Of a stretch of DNA of 64,000 nt, positions 30,626 through 39,055 are shown one piece after another; the stretch's first letter is position 1, and every line of letters starts with the position of its first letter. A program made the position numbers and the translations under genes. A model generated the notes under the pieces. It was not told the origin of the DNA. It ran no database searches and saw nothing but the letters and a program-made list of their open reading frames with translations. The stretch covers positions 2,902 to 66,901 of the forward strand of contig DATETG010000005.1 of NCBI GenBank assembly GCA_035283785.1. Direction: 5' to 3'. Origin of the DNA: Candidatus Nanoarchaeia archaeon (lineage in GTDB: Archaea > Nanobdellota > Nanobdellia > Pacearchaeales > GW2011-AR1).

Positions 30626-31348
30626 TTACAACCCTCCACTAACCTTCAATGTTTGTCCAGTCATATAAGTATTTTTATCACTAGCAAGAAAGAGTATCAT
30701 CTCGGCAATTTCTTCTGCCCTAGCCATTCTCCCAAGTGGAACTTGCTCCAACTGCTTCCTTGTTCTGTCAGTTAGTGTTGCGGTGGTCATGTCTGTTTCT
30801 GTAAATCCCGGAGCAACAGCATTAACCAAAATTCCATAAGGGGCGAGGTCTCTCGCCATGTTTGAAGTCAAGTCAATAATCAATGCTTTTGAGCCAGCAT
30901 AAGCCCAGCTCCCAGGGAAGTATTCATATCCTTTAACAGAAGACATATTAATTATTTTTCCGAATTTTCTTTTTTGCATTTGTGGCATTACTGCTTTTGA
31001 AAAATTGACAACGCCTAAAACATTTGTTTCCAAAGTCTTCCTCCAATCCCTCCCTGTTTGTTCCATATATGGTTTCGAGAGATTTATCCCCGCATTATTT
31101 ATCAAGATATCCACTCTTCCAACTTTCTCGACCCCTCTCTTAACAGATATTTCATCAGCAACATCACAGAAAATATACTGGGAACCTATCTCTTCAGCAA
31201 GATTGATTAATCTTTTTGATTCTGTTTTTCCGTGCAACACCACCCTTGCCCCATAAGTTCTAGCCATGTGTGCTGTTGCCGCACCTATTCCTCTAGATGA
31301 ACCTGTTATCAGCATCGTTCTTCCTTCTAAACCGTAACAATTATCCAT
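30626..31348 (-). CDS. short-chain dehydrogenase/reductase (FabG-like SDR)
   Basis: TGSSRGIGAATA (TGxxxGIG), NNAG, and S...YAGSKAL (YxxxK) motifs. Confidence 0.85.
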   Translation of the reverse strand: MDNCYGLEGRTMLITGSSRGIGAATAHMARTYGARVVLHGKTESKRLINLAEEIGSQYIFCDVADEISVKRGVEKVGRVDILINNAGINLSKPYMEQTGRDWRKTLETNVLGVVNFSKAVMPQMQKRKFGKIINMSSVKGYEYFPGSWAYAGSKALIIDLTSNMARDLAPYGILVNAVAPGFTETDMTTATLTDRTRKQLEQVPLGRMARAEEIAEMILFLASDKNTYMTGQTLKVSGGL

Positions 31349-32333
31349 AATGGTTTATTACCTCCACCATCTCATTAATTATACTCTCTCTTATGTCTTC
31401 TCTTTCTTCCAATTTTTTCATTATCTCTTTATACTTTTCCGAGCCGAAATGATAATGCCCTGCAATTAGCAAACAGAGAAATTTATTTTCCCCACTATTT
31501 GATTGCATCCATTTTTTCCATTTCATTCCTCCATAAACCTCCTCAATAAAATCATTAAAATCTATCCCGTAAATTAAGCACTTTGATATCATAATACTTG
31601 TTTGTATAACTCCTAATTGAGGGGCAATATTCATGGCATCTACAACTCCCTTTCTTAATTCAATTTCTTCTCTTGGGAGATAATCTGCATTATGCTCTTT
31701 TAGTTTCAGACCTTTCGAGTCCAAGATCTTTTTTACTTTTTCTATGAAGGGCCTATTAAAATTGCCGACTTGATTTATCTCTTTTACAAGACTTCCTGTT
31801 TGAACAACATAAAATTCAGGCTTGCAAAATCCTTTGAAAAAATCTATCTCTCTTTCAAGTTCGTGTAAGTTTGAGACATTGAAATTTATTCCCTCATTTT
31901 CGTCTGTTCCTATTTCCAACATTATTTTAGGATTTAACTTGAGGCAATATTCTATTGCTTTTTTTGACTCATTTAACATTTCTTCCTTGCTTCCTCGGAA
32001 ATGGCAAAAATCTATGTGTATTAAATCAAATCCATTTTCAATATCTGACTTAATTGTTTTGTAAACATTCTCCAAGTCAAAATTTCCATTAAAGCCCGGG
32101 CCACAATGGTCTCGGCAAATTAAGACCTGAGAATTCGGATATTTTTCTCTCATCGATTTTATAAAACTCATAAATTCTCTTGTATCCCACTTGTTCACAT
32201 AACCGCCATCATAGTCTATCTGGTTTTTTGAAGCGATTAGCATTAATTCCTTTCTTTGATAATGCGAAACCCTAAAAACAGCCTCGATAACTTCTGAGCT
32301 CATTGGTCCTACGGCCAAATTAGACTTAATCAT
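31341..32333 (-). CDS. GatZ/KbaZ-family (tagatose-6-phosphate kinase / sugar-phosphate 4-epimerase-like) TIM-barrel protein
   Basis: The N-terminus aligns with E. coli GatZ: LMLIASKNQIDYDGGY vs LIEATSNQVNQFGGY; DTREFMSFI vs DFREFVFAI; LICRDHCGPG vs ILGGDHLGPN. It is shorter (330 aa) than GatZ. Confidence 0.55.
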   Translation of the reverse strand: MIKSNLAVGPMSSEVIEAVFRVSHYQRKELMLIASKNQIDYDGGYVNKWDTREFMSFIKSMREKYPNSQVLICRDHCGPGFNGNFDLENVYKTIKSDIENGFDLIHIDFCHFRGSKEEMLNESKKAIEYCLKLNPKIMLEIGTDENEGINFNVSNLHELEREIDFFKGFCKPEFYVVQTGSLVKEINQVGNFNRPFIEKVKKILDSKGLKLKEHNADYLPREEIELRKGVVDAMNIAPQLGVIQTSIMISKCLIYGIDFNDFIEEVYGGMKWKKWMQSNSGENKFLCLLIAGHYHFGSEKYKEIMKKLEEREDIRESIINEMVEVINHYG

Positions 32334-33937
32334 TTTTTCACATCCTTCTTCATTTCCAGATTATTTAAGGCGTAATAAAGCTTGTTTTTTCCCATAAAGT
32401 ATAGCATCAAATTAAAGGGTTCCTGATGTAAGGGACTCATATTCAAAAAAATCAAAGCAGTTATAATTCTAATTTTGTCCAAATCAAAACCATGTTTTGT
32501 CAAAAAAGATTCGTACTCTTCTCTTGCTTCTATCAAATTATTACTTATCTTGTAGTCATAATAGATACTGTCCCCAGATATGTCAAATGAAAATTCTCCT
32601 TTCTTTATCGACTTGTATGAAATATTTGTCCCCCCATAAAGTTTGGCCAGATCATAATATAAATCTCCAAAATCCAAAGATTTTCCAAATTCATGTCTCC
32701 AATCCAGTAAGATAAATTTATTCAGGTTGCTGAGATTGTTTCGTGTAACCAAAACATTATCGAACTGCAAGTCTCCGTGAAAATTCACGGGTGTGCCCTC
32801 CTCCAAATAGTTCCAATCTATCTTATTCAAAAGTTCTTTTAGTGGTGGAATTTGAACTCCATTAACATTGCTCCATGAATCTTCAATTCTTGTCTTTTCA
32901 TAGAATCTTTTCAAACGTTCGAGAGTTTTATCATAATAAAATTCTTTGCAGGATTTTCTGAATTTTTCTTTTTCTTCTTCTGAGAGATTAATATCCTTCC
33001 ACAAATTAACCTTCAACCACCTTAAAAAATCTCGTACTATCTGCCTGTCTAGGACATCATAAAGAACCTGCCCGTCAATCATTTTATATGAATAAAAATT
33101 TCCCTTTTTTGATTCAACGACAGGACATAATCCTTTAAGATAATTGCTCCTGATTATTCTCTTTTCAACAATATCTTTTTCTGAAAAATATTTCACAACT
33201 TTTCCGTTTACAAAGTAAATGAATTCATTACTCTTACTAAAGTCGAACTCCTTGCCCCCTCCTGAAAAATTTTCATTTGTTTCTTTGTAGTTTTCAAGTG
33301 TTCCCGTATCAAACCACGTGAAACCGACAGGAACCAGCTTGTTATTTATCAATCTGTTGAAACCGTTTGAAACTTGGATTTCACCACTTTTTATTTCCTT
33401 ATCTTTCTCCAAACCTTCAAAAAAGTCCAAGTAGTCTCTCACTCCGGCAAGTCCTATAAATGCGAATTTGTTGTTTGTCTTTATTTTGTCATCAAGCTGA
33501 TAAACCAAGTTATTTTTTATCTTGACAGTGCAATACTTTTCAGTTTCCTTGACAGGAGCAATCCCAAACCAATTTTCATCCGGCTCTGGAATTTTTTCCA
33601 GCACAAGTGTGTCTGCCGCGAAAAAAATGAACGGGCACTGTAAATGACTTTTGCACTGAAACAAAGAGTAACCGGGTCCTGTTCCGGGCCCCAAGAACCT
33701 ATCAACTTCAACGTAAGTTATTTTTCTTTCAGGATGTGCGATATTCAGATAATCAATTATTGTCTCTTTTTTATGTCCAATTGCAACAACAATCTCTACA
33801 TCATCTGAAAATTTTTCTATTATGTGAGAAATAACTGCCTTGAAATTTATTGGCAATATCGCTTTGTTAACATTTTCTGAAAGTGCGCCAATCCTACTCC
33901 CTACGCCTGCTGCAAGGATACAAACTTTATATTTCAT
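32330..33937 (-). CDS. bifunctional protein: N-terminal sugar-phosphate nucleotidyltransferase fused to a C-terminal APH/choline-kinase-like kinase
   Basis: N-terminus KVCILAAGVGSRIG (NTP_transferase G-loop). The C-terminus has FHGDLQFDNVLV (Brenner HGDLxxxN catalytic loop) and LDWRHEFG (D-x-E/R of APH-type kinases). Confidence 0.65.
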   Translation of the reverse strand: MKYKVCILAAGVGSRIGALSENVNKAILPINFKAVISHIIEKFSDDVEIVVAIGHKKETIIDYLNIAHPERKITYVEVDRFLGPGTGPGYSLFQCKSHLQCPFIFFAADTLVLEKIPEPDENWFGIAPVKETEKYCTVKIKNNLVYQLDDKIKTNNKFAFIGLAGVRDYLDFFEGLEKDKEIKSGEIQVSNGFNRLINNKLVPVGFTWFDTGTLENYKETNENFSGGGKEFDFSKSNEFIYFVNGKVVKYFSEKDIVEKRIIRSNYLKGLCPVVESKKGNFYSYKMIDGQVLYDVLDRQIVRDFLRWLKVNLWKDINLSEEEKEKFRKSCKEFYYDKTLERLKRFYEKTRIEDSWSNVNGVQIPPLKELLNKIDWNYLEEGTPVNFHGDLQFDNVLVTRNNLSNLNKFILLDWRHEFGKSLDFGDLYYDLAKLYGGTNISYKSIKKGEFSFDISGDSIYYDYKISNNLIEAREEYESFLTKHGFDLDKIRIITALIFLNMSPLHQEPFNLMLYFMGKNKLYYALNNLEMKKDVKK

Positions 33938-34409
33938 TTTTTTCCAAAAAAACCTTGTTTATTTTTATGCAGGCGTCGCACACAGCGCCTTCCCCTGATT
34001 TTGAAGGAGTCACATATTTTGCCCATCTTTTTGCTTCAATTCTTGCATTCGCGGGAGCAATTCCAAATTTGCACTCTTTAATTATCTGCGAGTCAAAAAT
34101 TCCATCTCCAATAAAAATCATGTTGTTAAAATCAAAATTTTTCTTCAGCCATTCATATCTATTCCCGTCCGGAACAAGCTGAATCTTATAGCCCATGTCT
34201 TTTATCCTTCTTTTTGAAATTGAAAATCCTCTTTTGTCGGCGGAAATGAAAAGAATATTGAGTTTATCTTTGATTAACTTCAACCCGTCTGCGTCATGAG
34301 GTCCAAAAATCTTGTGAGATTTTCCCTTCGAGTCATACAAGAATTGTCCCGTAGTCATTACTCCATCTACATCTATGATTAAGTCCATTTTTTCCATCGT
34401 GTCTTGCAA
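33927..34409 (-). CDS. HAD-superfamily phosphatase, KdsC/YrbI subfamily (Kdo-8-P / NeuNAc-9-P phosphatase-like)
   Basis: DVDGVMTTGQ (DxDGVxTDG motif I), a small 160-aa size, and a C-terminal GDGIFD motif. Confidence 0.7.
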   Translation of the reverse strand: MQDTMEKMDLIIDVDGVMTTGQFLYDSKGKSHKIFGPHDADGLKLIKDKLNILFISADKRGFSISKRRIKDMGYKIQLVPDGNRYEWLKKNFDFNNMIFIGDGIFDSQIIKECKFGIAPANARIEAKRWAKYVTPSKSGEGAVCDACIKINKVFLEKNEI

Positions 34410-34502
34410 TGAGCAATCTTTATACTTCTAATTAAGTATCTTATCTGCTCGGTTACACAAGTTTTTCAAGAATAGTGAATTTATAAGTTTTGTGAAGAAT
34501 TA

Positions 34503-36041
34503 TCAGTCCTTTTGGATTTTTTTGACAATGTCTGAAAATGCAGGTCTGGTAATCAAAACTCCTGCAGTTATTCCTATTATTGTCGTGAGGGCAAACCCTT
34601 TGAAAAATCCTGCCGCAGCCCAGTAAAGAGGAATCATTGCAACAAGTCCTGTGAAGTAAGCGGCAACAATAATCACAAGCGCGCGCTTTAGTCGGAAGTT
34701 AATACTGGAGGATTTTTCCCTTGATTCATCCAAAATTATTATCTGCTGGTCGATCCCTGTTCCAATCGTGGCCAGAATTCCTGCAATGCTCGGCAAGTCA
34801 AGATTCCATCTTATTAACGACGCTATTCCAAGAATTATTATCACTTCTGAAATACTTGTAAATATCAGGGCGAGAGAAGATTTGAAGTTCCTGTACCTCA
34901 AGAAAACGAAAATGGAGACTGCAAACAATGAAACAATTCCTGCAATGAGGATTGATTTTGAAAACTCATCTCCAAATGACGAAGAAATAGTGTCCAGTTT
35001 GACAATTTCCAATTTGTAAGGTAAGCTTCCCGTTATTAGAATTGTTTGTAAACGGTTCATGCTATTGAAAGCATCTTCATAGGCATCGTCTTCTGTCTCT
35101 CCGAATCCAGAGCCTGTAATGGAAATCTGCGTTGTAACCTGTCCTTTTAGTCCCTCGTTGATAAACAATGAATCCACAAGTTTACCATCTATGAAAAGGT
35201 CTAACTTTTTTGAGAGATAGTTCCCGTCTGCCGACGAGTTAGTTCCCAATTTGGAGGTTATGTCTGCATGTCTTTTTGCAGCATCTTCACTCAGAAAGAT
35301 TGTAAATCTGAAATTGCAAAAATAAAATTCCGTTGACTTTTGACAGGATTCGATGACTGCCTGCTCACCTGAACGAGCCACAGAAGTGATGTCTTTCTCT
35401 CCACCGACAAAAACGACTTCCTCTCCAATTTTTGCTTCAAATTTTCCCTGCTCAGATATCAACGCACGCAAATCTTCAGGAGTTGTGCCGGCTATTTCAA
35501 CTCTTACATATTCATCTCCAGAAAGATCAGATACTTTGGAAACTGAAACATCTTCTATTCCGTAGACATTAAATCTGTTTCTTATCAAATCAACCAAGTC
35601 ATTAGTTTCTTCAGACGAAAGAGAAACATCCTGCGGCTTTACGAGAGCGCGAGAACCTCCAGAAATATCCAACCCTGTTACAAGATTTGTTTTTGGAATC
35701 TCAGAGACTGTTATTTCAGGAAAATCATTTGTAAAAAAGATAATCTCGGAGTCCTTGGTGTTTATTACTGTCTTTAAATTATTTTCCGAAGGAAATTTTT
35801 GATTCATTATCAAAAGATAATCTTCCAAACTTGTTACTTTTTTTCCATCGACAAATTCTATTATCTGCCCTTTCTGTAAACCCTCATTAGACGCTGTTGA
35901 ATTGGATTCGACACTTGTAACCAAAACTCCCTCCTGAAAGATTTTTGTGGGTGAACCAAATATTGAGAGCAATGAAAGTAACAAAATAACAATCAAAAGC
36001 CAGATTCTCCAGGTAAAATCAATTTTCATGTTTTTCCACAT
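34503..36041 (-). CDS. secD: protein-export membrane protein SecD
   Basis: N-terminal TM, a large periplasmic domain, and a C-terminal 6-TM bundle. Adjacent to and overlapping secF, the typical archaeal secDF arrangement. Confidence 0.8.
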   Translation of the reverse strand: MWKNMKIDFTWRIWLLIVILLLSLLSIFGSPTKIFQEGVLVTSVESNSTASNEGLQKGQIIEFVDGKKVTSLEDYLLIMNQKFPSENNLKTVINTKDSEIIFFTNDFPEITVSEIPKTNLVTGLDISGGSRALVKPQDVSLSSEETNDLVDLIRNRFNVYGIEDVSVSKVSDLSGDEYVRVEIAGTTPEDLRALISEQGKFEAKIGEEVVFVGGEKDITSVARSGEQAVIESCQKSTEFYFCNFRFTIFLSEDAAKRHADITSKLGTNSSADGNYLSKKLDLFIDGKLVDSLFINEGLKGQVTTQISITGSGFGETEDDAYEDAFNSMNRLQTILITGSLPYKLEIVKLDTISSSFGDEFSKSILIAGIVSLFAVSIFVFLRYRNFKSSLALIFTSISEVIIILGIASLIRWNLDLPSIAGILATIGTGIDQQIIILDESREKSSSINFRLKRALVIIVAAYFTGLVAMIPLYWAAAGFFKGFALTTIIGITAGVLITRPAFSDIVKKIQKD

Positions 36042-36912
36042 ACCATTTAATTAAAGACGTGTTTGTAACCCATGTGTTAAAAATGTCAAAGAACAACCCG
36101 ATAATTAAAACGCTAAATATCTGGGTCAAGACAATTGAAAAAGAACTAACAACAAACAATGCAGATAATATTGCCAGAATGGAAGTCGCAGTCATGGATA
36201 TTCCTGTCTTGAATGCGTTGAATATTTTTCTGTTTACGGTGCCCTCGTGTCTCTTTAAAATTCTGTTTGTCAGTAAGATATCCGTATCCACGCTGTAACC
36301 TATCAACATCAAAAAGGCAACAAGTCCCGGAGCAGACATTTTTATCCCAAGAATATCAACGAAAACCAAGGTCATGATTATATCTGCAATAACCGAGATG
36401 ATAACTGCGATAGAGGGAATGAAAGTTCTGAATATAATAAAGACAACTATCCCCATGAAAAGAAACGCAGCCAGTATAGCCATTATAAGCTGTTTGTAAA
36501 AATTCTCGCTTAGTCCGGCACTAATAAACTCAAAACTACTATTTTTTTCATTCAGTTCGTAACCAACATAATCCTCAAGAATTTTTTTAGTCATCTCTTG
36601 TTCCGAAGATGTCTGAATTATTATTCCTGTTTTCTCCCTAGTAATCAAATCATAAATCTCTCTTGTGTTAAGGTTCTCAAGCTGTGATGAAAGTTCGTTT
36701 TCAAGTTTCGCAGCGTCTATGTTTCCTTGTATTGTTATGGAAGTTCCTCCTGAAAGGGAAAAATCTTTATAGATAAAATCATTATTTGCAGAGTAAAAAG
36801 AAAACAAATAAAAAATCGACAGGAGGAAAACTGACAGCGGCAACAAAAGCAGCAATTTGTAGTTTTTGTCGTGAAATTTTATAATCTTCTGTTTTATATT
36901 TTGTGTATTCAT
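36019..36912 (-). CDS. secF: protein-export membrane protein SecF
   Basis: About 297 aa with a C-terminal 6-TM RND-like bundle. It lies directly 5' of secD on the same strand. Confidence 0.8.
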   Translation of the reverse strand: MNTQNIKQKIIKFHDKNYKLLLLLPLSVFLLSIFYLFSFYSANNDFIYKDFSLSGGTSITIQGNIDAAKLENELSSQLENLNTREIYDLITREKTGIIIQTSSEQEMTKKILEDYVGYELNEKNSSFEFISAGLSENFYKQLIMAILAAFLFMGIVVFIIFRTFIPSIAVIISVIADIIMTLVFVDILGIKMSAPGLVAFLMLIGYSVDTDILLTNRILKRHEGTVNRKIFNAFKTGISMTATSILAILSALFVVSSFSIVLTQIFSVLIIGLFFDIFNTWVTNTSLIKWYVEKHEN

Positions 36913-36919
36913 TTTTTCA

Positions 36920-36990
36920 TGCGCCGGCCGGGGTTCGAACCCGGACCATCTGCTTGGAAGGCAGAGATACTACCATTATACTACCAGCGC
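36920..36990 (-). tRNA. tRNA-Gly (anticodon TCC)
   Basis: Cloverleaf folds by hand: acceptor GCGCUGG/CCGGCGC, anticodon stem UCUGC/GCAGA with loop CUUCCAA, T-arm CCGGG-UUCGAAC-CCCGG, discriminator A. No encoded CCA. Confidence 0.8.
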
Positions 36991-37082
36991 CCAAACAGAA
37001 TAGTACAAAATTGTTTAATAAAGTTTTTCTTTTGTTGTTTCATTGTAAAACTTTTTTAAACCAATTATCTTAAGAATTGTTG

Positions 37083-37166
37083 AGCAGGAGTAGCGAAGTG
37101 GTCAAACGCGCGGGACTCAAGATCCCGTCCTTTAGTAGGTTCAGAGGTTCGAATCCTCTCTCCTGC
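37083..37166 (+). tRNA. tRNA-Leu (anticodon CAA), class II with long variable arm
   Basis: Acceptor GCAGGAG/CUCCUGC, anticodon stem CGGGA/UCCCG with loop CUCAAGA, long variable arm, T-arm AGAGG-UUCGAAU-CCUCU. Confidence 0.8.
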
Positions 37167-37169
37167 ATT

Positions 37170-37261
37170 TGCCCGGGTAGCTCAGTCTGGATTAGAGCGA
37201 CGCACTCCTAAAATTAATTTGAAGTGATGCGTAGGTCGCAGGTTCAAATCCTGTCTCGGGC
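37170..37261 (+). tRNA. tRNA-Arg (anticodon CCT) with a ~16-nt intron next to the anticodon loop
   Basis: Acceptor GCCCGGG/CUCGGGC, anticodon stem ACGCA/UGCGU with loop CUCCUAA. A 16-nt insert (AATTAATTTGAAGTGA, 37211-37226) lies between the loop and the 3' stem strand. T-arm GCAGG-UUCAAAU-CCUGU. Confidence 0.7.
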
Positions 37262-37359
37262 GCTCATAATAAAGATAGGATTTCTAATCAGTTTAAAGAA
37301 ATTCGGATAGGAAAGTTTGCAAGAAAACTTCGTGTTCTTGCAAATCCTGTCTGGCGCTT

Positions 37360-37374
37360 GGAAAGGTTTAAAAA
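37360..37374 (+). promoter_or_regulatory. BRE/TATA-like promoter element (GGAAAGGTTTAAAAA) about 22 nt upstream of the predicted 5S rRNA 5' end
   Basis: Purine-rich BRE-like GGAAAG followed by TTTAAAAA at the expected spacing from the 5S start (~37394). The identical 15-mer recurs at 55613-55627. Confidence 0.45.
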
Positions 37375-37391
37375 ACCCGGTGACAAGATAG

Positions 37392-37510
<119 letters not shown>

Positions 37511-37551
37511 ATATTCTTTAAATTTATAAAATAAAGAATTATTATGGTTCT

Positions 37552-37971
37552 ATGAATGAAGAAATATTTAGCAAGGAAATAGGTGAACATATCCGCAACC
37601 GGCATTTATGCAGAAGAATGTATGCCATTATAGATGGGCAATTAAAAGTAGATGAATCTAATGACCCGAGACATCACTGGGAATGGTTTGTCGAGGAAGG
37701 ATGGATTAAGGATTTGAATGATCCAATATTCGCAGAAATTGTAAGAGGTAATGTGACTAACGAAGGTGATCTCCATTTTTACATCGGAAAAGATTTTGGG
37801 ATTGATATTGAATCAGAAAGAATATTCTTTAAATTTTTGCCTGAAATTATAAAAAAGATGAATGTAAATCCCAGAGCAAGAATACTGGGTGGAAAGATAA
37901 AAGGAGATATCATGGATGACTTATGGCCTTCTCAAAAAGAATATGGTTTTGCAAAAGATTATTCAAATTAA
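37552..37971 (+). CDS. hypothetical protein (139 aa)
   Basis: Clean ORF immediately upstream of Rpp21. No motif recognised. Confidence 0.3.
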   Translation: MNEEIFSKEIGEHIRNRHLCRRMYAIIDGQLKVDESNDPRHHWEWFVEEGWIKDLNDPIFAEIVRGNVTNEGDLHFYIGKDFGIDIESERIFFKFLPEIIKKMNVNPRARILGGKIKGDIMDDLWPSQKEYGFAKDYSN

Positions 37972-37972
37972 A

Positions 37973-38281
37973 ATGCCATCAAAAAAAATTTCAAGAAACG
38001 CCGCGTTGACAGAGATAAATGACTTCTTTGACCACATAGAACACAAAACATCAGAACAAGTAAAAAAGATAAAAAAACTTGCAATGAGCCATAACATAAA
38101 ACTCGGGCACAAGAGAAAATTGTTCTGCAAGAAATGTCTCAATCCGTTCAGGAATTCAAGCATAACAATAAAAAATGATTTTGTAACGATTGAATGCGAA
38201 AGCTGCGGGCACAAGAACAGATGGAAATTCCAAGGCCGCATAAGGACAGGGGTGAAGGTTGAAAACGCAGAATGTTGCTGA
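37973..38281 (+). CDS. rnp4: RNase P protein subunit Rpp21 (Rpr2 family)
   Basis: About 100 aa. Basic helical N-terminus followed by a zinc ribbon: CKKCLNPF...VTIECESCGHKNRWKF, matching the Rpp21/Rpr2 pattern (R..ICKKC...PG...V.C..CG...R). Confidence 0.6.
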   Translation: MPSKKISRNAALTEINDFFDHIEHKTSEQVKKIKKLAMSHNIKLGHKRKLFCKKCLNPFRNSSITIKNDFVTIECESCGHKNRWKFQGRIRTGVKVENAECC

Positions 38282-38429
38282 AAAATCAAAAAATCCTTGT
38301 GTTTGTTCTGGATTTTTGGATGATTCAAAATTGAAATACGAATTAAACAACAATTTATGGACATGAAAAAAATATTTTTATCTGATCAAAAGACCTTTTC
38401 TGGTAATATTTTCAGGTGTCTCAACTTAC

Positions 38430-38786
38430 TTGCTCGTGACTAATTTTAGTTTAAATATTTCTTTCGCGATATCATCAATCTTGTTCCTGTTGGGATTTTT
38501 TACATGGTCTTTCGGTTTAATTGAACTCGGCAAAAATTTTTCAATTTTCCCTAAACCAAGAATATTGATAAAAACAGGAATTTATAAAAAAGTGCGACAT
38601 CCGATTTATTTAGGGCATATAATAATCTCTTTTAGTTGGATTGTAATCACTCAAAATCTTTTTTTTGTGATTTTTTGGATAATCTTAACGCTGATTTTAG
38701 CAATAAGAATCGGCATGGAAGAGGGGTTGCTAGAAAAAAAATTTGGAAATGAGTATAGAACTTACAAGAAGAAAACCTTGTTTTAG
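38430..38786 (+). CDS. isoprenylcysteine carboxyl methyltransferase (ICMT/PEMT) family membrane methyltransferase, short form
   Basis: YKKVRHPIYLGHII (RHPxYxG) motif plus 3 TM helices. Only 118 aa; family members are usually about 190 aa. Confidence 0.55.
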   Translation: MLVTNFSLNISFAISSILFLLGFFTWSFGLIELGKNFSIFPKPRILIKTGIYKKVRHPIYLGHIIISFSWIVITQNLFFVIFWIILTLILAIRIGMEEGLLEKKFGNEYRTYKKKTLF

Positions 38787-38980
38787 CTTTTTTTGAATTT
38801 TCCCACCAACTCAACCAAATCTGTTTGCCCCAAAAACATTGCTCGGCAACAGTATCTTTCCAATTCCAATTCGTCAAGGACTTTTTTTACGTCTTCTCCC
38901 GAAGAGGTTTTTTCCTTGAATTTTTCCCATAGATGGGCTATTGGCTTTCCGCAACTAAAACAACGAATTGGAATTATCAT
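38783..38980 (-). CDS. rpoN: DNA-directed RNA polymerase subunit N (Rpo10)
   Basis: MIIPIRCFSCGKPIAHLWEKF...ELELERYCCRAMFLGQTDLVE, the canonical RpoN/Rpb10 zinc-bundle sequence. Confidence 0.9.
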   Translation of the reverse strand: MIIPIRCFSCGKPIAHLWEKFKEKTSSGEDVKKVLDELELERYCCRAMFLGQTDLVELVGKFKKS

Positions 38981-39055
38981 GATATTTATCCTTTAAGTTC
39001 GTTTATAAAATTTTCTGAGGGGAAGTTTTATAAAAACTTGTTGATAGTTTACAAT

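Noticed and set aside
38364-38443. 26-aa ORF upstream of the ICMT-family gene, as a possible frameshifted N-terminus
   Set aside because: The peptide is not hydrophobic or TM-like, as an ICMT N-terminus would be. The short ICMT form may be genuine, so I left it unflagged.
38933-39055. Upstream in-frame extension of the secreted-protein gene
   Set aside because: It overlaps rpoN on the opposite strand. The internal Met at 39056 is followed by a canonical signal peptide.
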